64,000 nt of DNA, taken from assembly GCA_049970055.1 (NCBI GenBank), contig JBMFNR010000002.1, positions 212,406 through 276,405 on the forward strand, read 5' to 3'. A program made the translations under genes and the position numbers. Positions within the stretch are counted from its first letter, which is position 1; each line of letters begins with the position of its first letter. Below are positions 42,405-52,060 of the stretch, in pieces. This DNA is from Fervidobacterium sp. (GTDB lineage Bacteria > Thermotogota > Thermotogae > Thermotogales > Fervidobacteriaceae). The notes beneath the pieces were generated by a model, which saw only the letters and a list, made by a program, of their open reading frames with translations, searched no databases and was not told where the DNA came from.

Positions 42405-43034
42405 ATGGCACGATATACAGGGCCTTTGTGTAAACTATGTAGGAGAGAAGGTATGAAGCTATACCTGAAGGGCGAAAGATGTTTTAGCGAAAAATGCCCT
42501 TTCGATAAAAGACCATTTGCGCCTGGGCAGCACGGTAGAGAAAAGAAGAAATTAACACAATACGGATTGCAGTTAAGAGCAAAGCAGACAATGAAAAGAA
42601 TTTACGGTGTGCTTGAAAAACAATTCAGAATTTACTATGAAAGAGCTGTTAAACAATCAGGCGATACCCGTGAAAACTTAGTTTCACAAGTTGAAAGAAG
42701 GCTCGATAATGTAGTTTACAGACTTGGTTTCGCAATTAACAGAAGAGTTGCAAGGCAACTTGTTTCACACGGACACATACTTGTAAATGGCAAAAAAGTT
42801 GACATTCCATCTTATCAAGTAAAACCAGGTGATGTCATTTCCATAAAAGAATCGAGCAAGTCTATCGAACCAATCAAGCAGGCAATTGAGCAAAACAAGG
42901 GTAGAGCAATTGCAAATTGGCTTGAAGTTGACTTTGACCAATTCAAAGGTATATACGTCAGAAATCCAAAACTCGAAGAAATTACAGATCTTCCAGTCAA
43001 TGTACAGGCTATCGTTGAATTCTACTCGAGGTGA
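42405..43034 (+). CDS. rpsD: 30S ribosomal protein S4 (zinc type)
   Basis: [34 protein letters not shown]. Confidence 0.99.
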   Translation: MARYTGPLCKLCRREGMKLYLKGERCFSEKCPFDKRPFAPGQHGREKKKLTQYGLQLRAKQTMKRIYGVLEKQFRIYYERAVKQSGDTRENLVSQVERRLDNVVYRLGFAINRRVARQLVSHGHILVNGKKVDIPSYQVKPGDVISIKESSKSIEPIKQAIEQNKGRAIANWLEVDFDQFKGIYVRNPKLEEITDLPVNVQAIVEFYSR

Positions 43035-43039
43035 TCTTA

Positions 43040-44026
43040 ATGATTCAAATCACAGCAAGGAAATTCAGGTTAGAAGAGCAAGCAGAATACGAAGATCACT
43101 ACTACGCAAAGTATTCCTTATCGCCTCTTGAAAAAGGCTACGCAGTAACCATAGGGAATACACTTAGAAGAGTTCTGCTCTCTTCTATCCCAAGTTTTGC
43201 AATCACCGATGTTAGGTTCTTGAAACCGGAAAAGTATCATGAATTTGATACCATCGAAGGTGTGAAAGAGGACATAATTGATATACTACTTAATTTGAAA
43301 AAAGTCCAACTTCGCGTTGAAGCTTATGTTGAGTCTCCTGTGAAACTCATGATTAATAAAAAAGGGTCTGGTATACTGAGAGCACATGATATCGAATGTC
43401 CAGCTGGGGTTGTCGTTGTTAATCCGAATCATTACATTGCAACGTTAAACGAAGATGCTGACTTGGAGATAGAGCTCTACGCGACATTCGGAAAAGGTTT
43501 TGTACCAGCGGCCGATAGAAATGAACGCCCTGAAATAGGTTGGATAGTTCTCGATGGTGTTTACAGCCCAGTTATAAAAGTTAATTGGCTTGTTGAAAAT
43601 GTCCGTGTCGATAAGCGAACTGACTACGAAAAACTAATACTTGAAATATGGACGAAAAAGAGTATAAAACCAGCTGAAGCCTTGAAGCATTCGCTGAGAA
43701 TTATACTTGACCACTTCAACTACATAGAGCAGAGCCTTAGTGATGTTGAAGAGCTACCAATCCCATTAGTTTCAGAAACTGCAGTCAGTGGAGAAGAAGC
43801 AATCTCATCAGAAGACGTTATGACAAAGAAAATAGAGGAGCTCGATTTATCCGCAAGGTCACTGAATTGTTTGAAGAGAGATAAGATAGAAACGATAGGT
43901 GATTTACTCTCAAGAACGGAAGAAGAGTTGATGAAAATAAAGAATTTTGGCCTTAAATCTCTCGAAGAAGTAAGAGAGAAACTCCGCGAAAAATACGGTC
44001 TTTCGCTAAGAAAGGGGGACAAGTGA
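43040..44026 (+). CDS. rpoA: RNA polymerase alpha subunit
   Basis: [21 protein letters not shown], alpha-[13 protein letters not shown]...NFGLKSL. Confidence 0.99.
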   Translation: MIQITARKFRLEEQAEYEDHYYAKYSLSPLEKGYAVTIGNTLRRVLLSSIPSFAITDVRFLKPEKYHEFDTIEGVKEDIIDILLNLKKVQLRVEAYVESPVKLMINKKGSGILRAHDIECPAGVVVVNPNHYIATLNEDADLEIELYATFGKGFVPAADRNERPEIGWIVLDGVYSPVIKVNWLVENVRVDKRTDYEKLILEIWTKKSIKPAEALKHSLRIILDHFNYIEQSLSDVEELPIPLVSETAVSGEEAISSEDVMTKKIEELDLSARSLNCLKRDKIETIGDLLSRTEEELMKIKNFGLKSLEEVREKLREKYGLSLRKGDK

Positions 44027-44027
44027 A

Positions 44028-44411
44028 ATGAGACACAGGATGAAAAGGAATAAGTTAAATAGATACGGTACACATAGAAGATCTCTCATGAGAAACTTAG
44101 CAAGGGAAATTATCGAACACGGAACAATAATGACCACAACTGTAAAGGCAAAAGTAAGTAAGGAATATATTGAAAAACTTATCAAAAAAGCAGTCAAAGC
44201 TTACAAAATAAAGAACGACAGTAAAGAAGAGAGCGTGGCGCTTAGAAGGCAACTCTTTGCCGAGCTTGGTGATAGGAAACTTGTTAACAAATTAGTCGAC
44301 GAAATAGCACCGAAATATGCAGATAGAAACGGCGGGTACACGAGAGTTATCAAAGTTGGTACGAGAAGAGGAGATGGTGCGGAACTTTCGGTACTACAAA
44401 TAGTCGAGTAA
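44028..44411 (+). CDS. rplQ: 50S ribosomal protein L17
   Basis: MRHR, RNGGYTR, RRGDGA. Confidence 0.99.
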   Translation: MRHRMKRNKLNRYGTHRRSLMRNLAREIIEHGTIMTTTVKAKVSKEYIEKLIKKAVKAYKIKNDSKEESVALRRQLFAELGDRKLVNKLVDEIAPKYADRNGGYTRVIKVGTRRGDGAELSVLQIVE

Positions 44412-44430
44412 TTTTAGATACCAACCTATG

Positions 44431-44456
44431 AAAAGGGGCAGATGTGCCCCTTTTTA
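44431..44456 (+). terminator. Terminator of the ribosomal superoperon
   Basis: AAAAGGGGCA-GATG-TGCCCCTTTTT. Confidence 0.85.
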
Positions 44457-44489
44457 AATGATAGTTTTTTTCATTAAGGAGGTGTAGTA

Positions 44490-45782
44490 ATGGAGATTAA
44501 GGTGTTGGAAAAGGATAAGAACGTAGTTGTTAAAGAATTTATTTTTGACGAACATGATGTTAAAAAGCTAGAAGATAAAGCGGTTAATTCACTGAACAAA
44601 AGAGGTTATCAAATAGAGGGTTTCAGAACTGGTAAGGTACCAAAAGAAGTATACAAACTGAGACTAAAGGATGCATTTTACAGCATATACGTTGCAGATG
44701 AAGCAATTAAGGAAGTAGAAGCTAAATTAGACGAAGAAGAAGTTAAATTAGTTCTACCACCTGTTATAGCAGATGCACAATTTGATAAAGCTGGTGGAAA
44801 GGTTACAGTTGAACTTCACACTGAACCAGAAGTAACGTTTGAACCGACAAAAATAGTAGTTCGAAAAGCAAAAGAAAGCGAAGTATTAGATAATTACGTT
44901 GATTTTATGCTGAAGAACGTTATTAACGAACAAGCTCTCGAAATTCCAAAAGAAAGTGAAGCGTCCGAAGGGGATGTAGTTAAAGTTAAGGAAACAGTAT
45001 TACTTGATGGAAAACCCATAAGAGACAAGCAGGAGAGAGAATACATACTTTCAAAAGATGATGAAAGAGATGTTATTAAACAGCTTTACGGAAGGAAAAA
45101 AGGTGATGTTATAGAGTTTGAAAAAACATTCGAAAAGAGTGAAAATGAAAAAATTGTGTACAAGTATATACTTGAAGTGGAAGAAGTATATGAACGTTCA
45201 CTTCCAACTCTTGATGATGAATTTGTCAAAGGTCTTCAGATAGAAAACGTTGAAACGGTAGACCAATTGAAAGAAAAATTCAAAAACGATGGTAAACAGA
45301 TCTATGATGCTGAACTCGAAGAATCATTTAAAGATCAGATAATTGGTCAAATTCCAAATGTCACACAAATTGATGTGAGCGAAAAGACAATTCGAAGAGC
45401 TGTTGAAAACATAATAGATAACCTCAAGGAAGAAGGAAAGTACGATGATTATGTAAAAAGATACGAAAGTGAAGAAAAACTTGTGGAAGAACTTAAAGAG
45501 TACTATCTGAAACTATTGAAAAAAGATATAGTAGTTAAGAAACTCGCTGAAGAAAATGATATAAAAGTTTCTGACGATGACGTAAGAGAATACGCACAGA
45601 GGGCTTCAGTAGAGTGGGGAGTAAGCCCTGATAGAGCAGAAGCAATTATAAAATCGAAAAGGGAGCTTAGAAACGAAGTAATAATGGACATCGTTGAAAG
45701 AAAGGTTGCGAAAAGCCTGTTTGACAAAGTCCAAGTGGAAGAAGTAGCAGTCAGTGAGAACAACAAAGAGCAACAAGAATAA
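44490..45782 (+). CDS. tig: Trigger factor
   Basis: GFRTGKVP ribosome-binding signature; upstream of clpP. Confidence 0.9.
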   Translation: MEIKVLEKDKNVVVKEFIFDEHDVKKLEDKAVNSLNKRGYQIEGFRTGKVPKEVYKLRLKDAFYSIYVADEAIKEVEAKLDEEEVKLVLPPVIADAQFDKAGGKVTVELHTEPEVTFEPTKIVVRKAKESEVLDNYVDFMLKNVINEQALEIPKESEASEGDVVKVKETVLLDGKPIRDKQEREYILSKDDERDVIKQLYGRKKGDVIEFEKTFEKSENEKIVYKYILEVEEVYERSLPTLDDEFVKGLQIENVETVDQLKEKFKNDGKQIYDAELEESFKDQIIGQIPNVTQIDVSEKTIRRAVENIIDNLKEEGKYDDYVKRYESEEKLVEELKEYYLKLLKKDIVVKKLAEENDIKVSDDDVREYAQRASVEWGVSPDRAEAIIKSKRELRNEVIMDIVERKVAKSLFDKVQVEEVAVSENNKEQQE

Positions 45783-45806
45783 GTACGCGAAAAGTGGTGA
45801 GAGAGT

Positions 45807-46427
45807 ATGGAAATGGAAAAGGAAATCAAAAAGATCATTGATCAGTACGTACCAATAGTTATTGAAAGTACCGGAAGATACGAAAGAGCCTACGACATTT
45901 ATTCAAGGTTACTTAAGGATAGGATAATATTCCTTGGTAGTGCAATCGATGACCATGTTGCGAACTTGGTTGTTGCGCAGATGTTGTTCCTTGAAGCGGA
46001 AAATCCAGATAAAGATATACAACTTTACATAAATTCACCCGGAGGACTTGTGACAGCTGGGCTAGCCATATACGACACTATGCAGTACGTCAAATGTGAT
46101 GTTGCAACGATATGTGTTGGTCAAGCAGCGTCAATGGCAGCAGTGTTACTTGCGGCAGGTACAAAAGGTAAAAGGTTCTCGCTTCCAAACAGTAGGATAA
46201 TGATACACCAGCCATTGGGTGGAGCTGAGGGAAGCGCAAAAGATGTTGAAATACTCACAAAAGAATTGCTGAGAATTAAAAGAATAATCAACGAGATACT
46301 AAGTAAGCACACGGGACAAGATATAGAAAGAATCGAAAAAGATACAGACAGAGACTTCTTTATGAGTGCACAAGAAGCGATGGAATATGGTATAATAGAT
46401 AAGGTGATTAAGCCGGGAGAAAGATAA
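45807..46427 (+). CDS. clpP: ATP-dependent Clp protease proteolytic subunit
   Basis: [25 protein letters not shown]. Confidence 0.99.
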   Translation: MEMEKEIKKIIDQYVPIVIESTGRYERAYDIYSRLLKDRIIFLGSAIDDHVANLVVAQMLFLEAENPDKDIQLYINSPGGLVTAGLAIYDTMQYVKCDVATICVGQAASMAAVLLAAGTKGKRFSLPNSRIMIHQPLGGAEGSAKDVEILTKELLRIKRIINEILSKHTGQDIERIEKDTDRDFFMSAQEAMEYGIIDKVIKPGER

Positions 46428-46459
46428 TCTGTGATTAAAGGTTTAAAGGAGGAGATAGT

Positions 46460-47218
46460 ATGTCAGGTCACAATAAGTGGGCAAATATTAAGCACCGAAA
46501 AGCGGCACAAGATGCGAAAAGGTCAAAGATGTTCACAAAATTAATTAGAGAAATCATAGTTGCGGCGAGAGAAGGAGGAGGAAATCCGGATACAAACCCG
46601 AGACTCAGAGCCGTTCTTGAAAAAGCAAGAGAAGCCAACATGCCAAAAGATACAGTTGAAAGATCAATTAAAAAAGGTACTGGTGAACTCGAAGGCGAAA
46701 AATACGAAGAAATCATATACGAAGCATATGCACCAGGTGGAGTTGCGCTTTACATACTCGCACTGACAGACAACAAAAACAGAACAGCACAAGAACTAAG
46801 GCACATACTAAGCAAGAATGGTGGATCACTTGCCGAAAGTGGTTCAGTTGCTTGGATATTCGAAAGGAAAGGTGTCATAGAAATTCCAGCGGAAAAAATC
46901 TCAGATATGGATGAATTCACACTTCTTGCAATCGATGCCGGTGCAGAAGATATAGAAGAGGGAGATCCAGTTTTGGTTTACACAGCGCCAGAATCGTTGA
47001 CATCATTGAAAGAAGCTCTTGCAAAAAATGGTTTTGAAGGAGAAGCAAAGATTACATACAAACCGAAAAACAGTGTAAAAGTTTCTGGTTCCGATGCGGA
47101 AAAAGTTCTTAAACTTATCGATGCGCTTGAAGATAACGATGATGTGCAAGAAGTATTTGGTAATTTTGATATAGACGATTCTGAACTCGAGGCCATAATG
47201 TCCAAACTCGAAGGCTAA
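46460..47218 (+). CDS. yebC: YebC/PmpR family protein
   Basis: [27 protein letters not shown]. Confidence 0.97.
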   Translation: MSGHNKWANIKHRKAAQDAKRSKMFTKLIREIIVAAREGGGNPDTNPRLRAVLEKAREANMPKDTVERSIKKGTGELEGEKYEEIIYEAYAPGGVALYILALTDNKNRTAQELRHILSKNGGSLAESGSVAWIFERKGVIEIPAEKISDMDEFTLLAIDAGAEDIEEGDPVLVYTAPESLTSLKEALAKNGFEGEAKITYKPKNSVKVSGSDAEKVLKLIDALEDNDDVQEVFGNFDIDDSELEAIMSKLEG

Positions 47219-47264
47219 TGTAATGGTGATGTGCAAAAGATAAAGATAAAAAAGGTGTGCGCAA

Positions 47265-48041
47265 ATGATTAACGACAAAAACGTAAAGCTCACAGTTACA
47301 ATACTATTTTTATTGGGCTCACTTATTTTTGGAGAGACGCTTTTTTTTAGCGTCTCTCCATTTGATACTACATATGGACTTTCACTCAGGTATGACTTTA
47401 CCTTCTGGAAGATAAAGGCTGAGTTTTATTTACCTGTCAATGTACAATTCAATCGTGGGTTTCCTCAATTTGTATTTGAGCCCGCTAATTTGATAAACGA
47501 ATTTCACTTCTCAGAGTATCCATATAAAGTTACGTACGACTCGATAAACGATATACCGTTCACTACATTTGTCAACCCTGCAGTAAAGGTGTGGCGTTCA
47601 ACATGGCTTGGCGCGGGATATTATGGTGATAAACTGTTTTACAGTAGCGATTTTTCAATATTGGCAGATTCGAAAAACATTAATTTGTCTTACAAAATCT
47701 TACGATTGAACATATTCGTTGAAAAGCAAGAGGAAGATTACACAGTTGGTATAGGAAACATATTTTACGTATTTTCAGGTAGTAAAACGGGTGTCGGTGT
47801 GAATTATGTGTCGGAAAATGTTCTTGTGTACGGAACTATCCATCTCAAAGATGGTGCATTCACGTCAAAGTTCGGCCTCACTTTGAAAGGCCCCGACGTA
47901 GAATTCAATATCGTGAGTGATTCTATAGATTCTTTGGACGCAATTAGTATTTCCATTGTTTGGAAGGTAGGTGAAATATATGTCATTGGACGACAACAAG
48001 GACAAAAAGTTTGCTTGGTTGCAGAGTTTCCACTCTGGTGA
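47265..48041 (+). CDS. Secreted beta-rich hypothetical protein (possible outer-membrane protein)
   Basis: Signal peptide-like N-terminus, alternating hydrophobic strands, C-terminal Trp. Confidence 0.6.
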   Translation: MINDKNVKLTVTILFLLGSLIFGETLFFSVSPFDTTYGLSLRYDFTFWKIKAEFYLPVNVQFNRGFPQFVFEPANLINEFHFSEYPYKVTYDSINDIPFTTFVNPAVKVWRSTWLGAGYYGDKLFYSSDFSILADSKNINLSYKILRLNIFVEKQEEDYTVGIGNIFYVFSGSKTGVGVNYVSENVLVYGTIHLKDGAFTSKFGLTLKGPDVEFNIVSDSIDSLDAISISIVWKVGEIYVIGRQQGQKVCLVAEFPLW

Positions 48042-48831
48042 TTTTCAAGAATTACCCTGGGAAGAATTCGAGTGGTTTGTTAAGCGCATTAAAGATGTAA
48101 TGAACCTTGATTTGTCTGGGTATAAACCAGAGCGTGTGAAAAGAAGAATAGAAATGCTTATCAGAAAGCATAATTGCAAATCATACAAGGAGTATCTTGA
48201 TCTTATCCTTAAAGACGCCAAGAAAAAAGATGAATTTTTAGATAAACTGACCATAAATGTTACTGAGTTTTTCAGAAATCCAGAGAAATGGTTGGAATTG
48301 CGTGACAAATTTTTGCCTCAGTTACTAAAGGAAAGCGGTCCAAAGTTCAAGGCTTGGAGCGCGGGCTGCTCTTCTGGGGAAGAACCGTACACAATTGCGA
48401 TGTTATTGGAAGAACTAAAGGCTCCACCAACGGTGAAAGTACTTGCCACAGATATAGATATAGGAGTACTAACGAGAGCACAAATAGGTGAATACGATGA
48501 GCGGTCGATGGGTAGTACACCACCTGATTACATACAAAAGTATTTTATCGTCAAGGATGGCAAGTACATAGTGAAACCGAATGTGAAAGCACGTGTTCAA
48601 TTTAAAAGGCACAATTTACTCCAAGATCCTTTTGATAAAGGTTTCGATCTAATAACGTGCCGAAACGTTGTTATTTATTTTGAAATGGAAGCAAAAGAGC
48701 AGCTTTATAAAAAATTTGCCGAAAGCTTAAGACCAGGCGGATTATTATTTGTTGGAAATACCGAACGAATATTCAGTTACAAAAGTATAGGTTTGGAAGT
48801 TGCATCGCCATTTATTTACAGAAAATTGTAA
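47980..48831 (+). CDS. cheR: Chemotaxis protein-glutamate O-methyltransferase
   Basis: TINVTEFFR, WSAGCSSGEEPY, CRNVVIYF. Confidence 0.95.
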   Translation: MSLDDNKDKKFAWLQSFHSGDFQELPWEEFEWFVKRIKDVMNLDLSGYKPERVKRRIEMLIRKHNCKSYKEYLDLILKDAKKKDEFLDKLTINVTEFFRNPEKWLELRDKFLPQLLKESGPKFKAWSAGCSSGEEPYTIAMLLEELKAPPTVKVLATDIDIGVLTRAQIGEYDERSMGSTPPDYIQKYFIVKDGKYIVKPNVKARVQFKRHNLLQDPFDKGFDLITCRNVVIYFEMEAKEQLYKKFAESLRPGGLLFVGNTERIFSYKSIGLEVASPFIYRKL

Positions 48832-48853
48832 TTTTTCAGAGAGGACTGATTAC

Positions 48854-49564
48854 GTGTTCTGGGTTACATTAGCTGTAGCGTTTGACCAGGTAACCAAATA
48901 TATTGCAAGCATATTTTTGCAGTTCAGATACATTTCTATTTTTAACTTTTTTTATTTATCATACATAACAAACCGAGGTATTGCGTTTGGCTTATTTGCG
49001 GGTGTTAAAGAAGTTGTAATCTACCTCTCGCTTGCCATCGTACTAGGCATATCCTTAATCCCTTCGTGTGTAAAGATCAGCAAATCAACTGAACGTTGGC
49101 TTGCATTTATCGTTGGGGGTGCACTCGGTAACCTCATAGATAGAATAAGGTTCGGGTATGTAATTGATTTTATAACGATGAAATTTTGGCCAACTGTATT
49201 CAATGTAGCTGATATGTTTATTTTCTTTGGCAGTTTGGGTTTACTTGTCACATTACTAAAGAAAGAATACGAAACAAATAAGATGCATAAAAGCCTGGTT
49301 TCTGAAGGAAATCGGAGGGAAATAGGTGGATATACAGGTCACATCACGCGAAGATGGTTGGAGATTAGACAAATTTCTAATGGAAAAAACCCCAGATTGG
49401 ATATCAAGAACATTTATCCAGAAAGCGATAAAAAGCGGCGAGGTAATGGTGAATGGGACTTCGAAGAAGCCGAGTTACAAGGTGAAATCTGGGGATATAA
49501 TTACCTTGAATGTTCCGGAAACACCACAACTTCCGGAGATTCTTCCAGAAAACATCCCTCTTGA
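48854..49564 (+). CDS. lspA: Lipoprotein signal peptidase II with a long C-terminal overlap into rluD
   Basis: DQVTK, NRGIAFG, GGALGNLIDR, VIDF, FNVAD; GTG start after GAGGA. Confidence 0.9.
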   Translation: MFWVTLAVAFDQVTKYIASIFLQFRYISIFNFFYLSYITNRGIAFGLFAGVKEVVIYLSLAIVLGISLIPSCVKISKSTERWLAFIVGGALGNLIDRIRFGYVIDFITMKFWPTVFNVADMFIFFGSLGLLVTLLKKEYETNKMHKSLVSEGNRREIGGYTGHITRRWLEIRQISNGKNPRLDIKNIYPESDKKRRGNGEWDFEEAELQGEIWGYNYLECSGNTTTSGDSSRKHPS

Positions 49565-50264
49565 TATCATCTATGAAGATAAAGACATACTTGTCATTAA
49601 CAAGCAGCCTGGAATAATTACCCATCCAATACCGTCTCACACCTCAGGTACTATTGTAAATGCAGTGCTTTACCATTGCAAAGATCTGCAAGGAATAGGA
49701 GGGGTACTTAGACCTGGTATTGTACATAGACTTGACAAAGACACCAGCGGCGTCATGGTTATTGCAAAAAACGATTTGGCACATCAATCTTTAACAAGAC
49801 AATTTAAAGATAGATTAACAGAAAAAACATATATATGCCTTGTAAGGGGTGTTCCAAAGAAAAAGTATGGAGACATTGAAATCAACATCGCACGTAATCC
49901 CGTACTTAGAGTTAAGATGACTGTAACTGATTCAGAATATGGTAAACCTGCACTGACTCATTACAAAGTTATCAGAGAATTTGGAAATATAGCGGCACTT
50001 GTGTTGGCATTCCCCAAAACAGGTAGGACTCATCAAATACGCGTACATATGAAATATATAGGACACCCACTGATGGGTGATGAAGTTTACGGAAGGGCAA
50101 AAGAAGACGAAATATTTGGTATAAAAAGACAGATGTTACATGCATTAAGTTTGTCTTTTTACCATCCCAGAACAGGGCAAAAAATGAAATTTATTGCAAG
50201 GATCCCGCGAGATTTTAAAGATGCTATGGAAAATATCTCCAAGTTTATAAATCAAAAAATGTGA
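49326..50264 (+). CDS. rluD: RluA/RluD family pseudouridine synthase
   Basis: S4 domain (RLDKFL...SR), HRLDKDTSG, TGRTHQIRVH. Confidence 0.92.
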   Translation: MDIQVTSREDGWRLDKFLMEKTPDWISRTFIQKAIKSGEVMVNGTSKKPSYKVKSGDIITLNVPETPQLPEILPENIPLDIIYEDKDILVINKQPGIITHPIPSHTSGTIVNAVLYHCKDLQGIGGVLRPGIVHRLDKDTSGVMVIAKNDLAHQSLTRQFKDRLTEKTYICLVRGVPKKKYGDIEINIARNPVLRVKMTVTDSEYGKPALTHYKVIREFGNIAALVLAFPKTGRTHQIRVHMKYIGHPLMGDEVYGRAKEDEIFGIKRQMLHALSLSFYHPRTGQKMKFIARIPRDFKDAMENISKFINQKM

Positions 50265-50265
50265 A

Positions 50266-51624
50266 TTATTGATCTTTATATATTTTAAATATCTCCAGGA
50301 TATCATTTAGCCGCTTTTTGAAAATTTCTATAATACCAGGATCGAACTGCTTGCCACTCATTTCAAGCATATATTCGATAGCCTTTTCAACAGGCCACGC
50401 GGGACGATAACACCTATTATGTGTCAATGCTTCAAATACATCGGCAACCTGGACAATACGGGCTTCAGGGGTACTTTCTTCCTTTTCTAAGCCATAAGGA
50501 TATCCTTCTCCATCCCATCGTTCGTGGTGCTGAAGTGAAACGACAGCTCCTATTTCAAAAACTTTCAACTTTGAGCTTTTCAAAAGTTCAAAACCAATCA
50601 ACGCGTGCTCTTTCATTATAGAATATTCTTCATTTGATAACTTACCTGGTTTATTTAATATATGATCGGGAATACCAACCTTCCCTACATCATGAAGTCC
50701 TGCTGCGCTTTTGATAATACTTGCTTCTTTTTCAGAAAAACCATAATCCAGTGCTAACAGATAAGACACTTCTGAAACACGCTTTACATGATTACCGGTC
50801 TCTTCAGAACGAGTTTCGATAAGGTTTGCGAGTCTATAAACTAATTCATTCTCAACTCCCAAAAGCTCTAAGTAGTTTGATGAATGTTTAATATTGAGCA
50901 ATAATGTGCGTATATAGTCTTTATCAACATTGGAAAGATTTTTCGAACTTACAATAACCATTTTTACATATTTTCCAAATATCTCTTCTTCAAATATATA
51001 CCTCAAGTGTATTGGAGAAATTGTATTTGATACAACTTTAGGTGGGAAGATCTTTTTGTTGTCGACATATATTTCACATTCAAGATCGTTATTCGGCATC
51101 TTCAAAGTCAAAAAAGAACGAATTTGGAAAAAAGCCTCTATAAGGATATCATTTAAATCCATGCGGCTTGAATTATGAATTATATGATCTATTGATGTTA
51201 TAGCTTTCTCAAAAGCTATGATATCTTTGTATGTCCTTAGGAGAGAGAACACATTTATTTTAAGGCTGAATTCACTCATCGCCTTTTTTTCAATATATGC
51301 ATTCACATCGTAATCTCTTATCAAAATATCTTGCGGAACTTTTTCAGGATTTGCTGTCATTAACGCTATACGGGTTTTTGAATCAGCTACTTCGTGCCGT
51401 ATATAATTAATAACTTTTATTCCAGCATCTTCGGTTTCCATAACCAGATCTGTCAAAACAAGAGCGTAAACTCCCGGTTGATAAATCCTTCTAAAATCTG
51501 AAAAGCTGTATGCATCGTCAAACTCAACTGGTATATTTTCAAGTGTTAAACTTTTCAGAATTTCTTTGATTTCTTTGTGGATTGTCTTGGAGTCATCAAC
51601 TATTAAAATCTTAAAATTATTCAT
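50266..51624 (-). CDS. Response regulator receiver plus HD-GYP c-di-GMP phosphodiesterase
   Basis: ILIVDD...TDLVM receiver; ETGNHV, HDVGK, HHERWDGEGYP, ADVFEAL. Confidence 0.92.
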   Translation of the reverse strand: MNNFKILIVDDSKTIHKEIKEILKSLTLENIPVEFDDAYSFSDFRRIYQPGVYALVLTDLVMETEDAGIKVINYIRHEVADSKTRIALMTANPEKVPQDILIRDYDVNAYIEKKAMSEFSLKINVFSLLRTYKDIIAFEKAITSIDHIIHNSSRMDLNDILIEAFFQIRSFLTLKMPNNDLECEIYVDNKKIFPPKVVSNTISPIHLRYIFEEEIFGKYVKMVIVSSKNLSNVDKDYIRTLLLNIKHSSNYLELLGVENELVYRLANLIETRSEETGNHVKRVSEVSYLLALDYGFSEKEASIIKSAAGLHDVGKVGIPDHILNKPGKLSNEEYSIMKEHALIGFELLKSSKLKVFEIGAVVSLQHHERWDGEGYPYGLEKEESTPEARIVQVADVFEALTHNRCYRPAWPVEKAIEYMLEMSGKQFDPGIIEIFKKRLNDILEIFKIYKDQ

Positions 51625-51694
51625 TTGCACACCTCCTTGACTACTTTAATTATACCACTTTAATGGTATAAAGTGTAGAAAAAATTCCAATAAC

Positions 51695-51723
51695 TTGAAA
51701 AATGAAAGATTTTATGATAGAAT
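51695..51723 (+). promoter_or_regulatory. tRNA-Pro promoter
   Basis: TTGAAA-17 nt-TAGAAT with extended TG. Confidence 0.7.
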
Positions 51724-51752
51724 ACAACTTAGCATGGTCGATGAAACTTACT

Positions 51753-51829
51753 CTGGGCGTAGTTCAGTTGGCTAGAACGCCAGAATCGGGATCTGGTGGT
51801 CGTGGGTTCAAGTCCCACCGCCCAGACCA
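51753..51829 (+). tRNA. tRNA-Pro(CGG)
   Basis: CTGGGCG/CGCCCAG acceptor stem, CCAGA-ATCGGGA-TCTGG anticodon arm, CCA end. Confidence 0.97.
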
Positions 51830-51873
51830 GGCAAAAATATAAGAAAAAACGGCAAAGACCAACAAACATCGGT

Positions 51874-51909
51874 AAACACTGGTGAGAGTTTTTCTTACCA
51901 GTGTTTTTT
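51874..51909 (+). terminator. tRNA-Pro terminator
   Basis: AAACACTGGTGAGA...TCTTACCAGTGTTT plus T-run. Confidence 0.85.
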
Positions 51910-51930
51910 ATTTTTCTTTTATTAACAGTC

Positions 51931-51959
51931 TTGACTAGTCATTGATAGAAAACTATAAT
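51931..51959 (+). promoter_or_regulatory. Promoter of the membrane HD-GYP gene
   Basis: TTGACT-17 nt-TATAAT. Confidence 0.75.
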
Positions 51960-52060
51960 AAACATAAAGTCTCAAGCCATGAGGATGTTTGATTGACTCA
52001 AGGTGAACTTATTTACACACACCACAACTGTTGTCTCGCCAGTATTTGGAGGTGTTGCCG

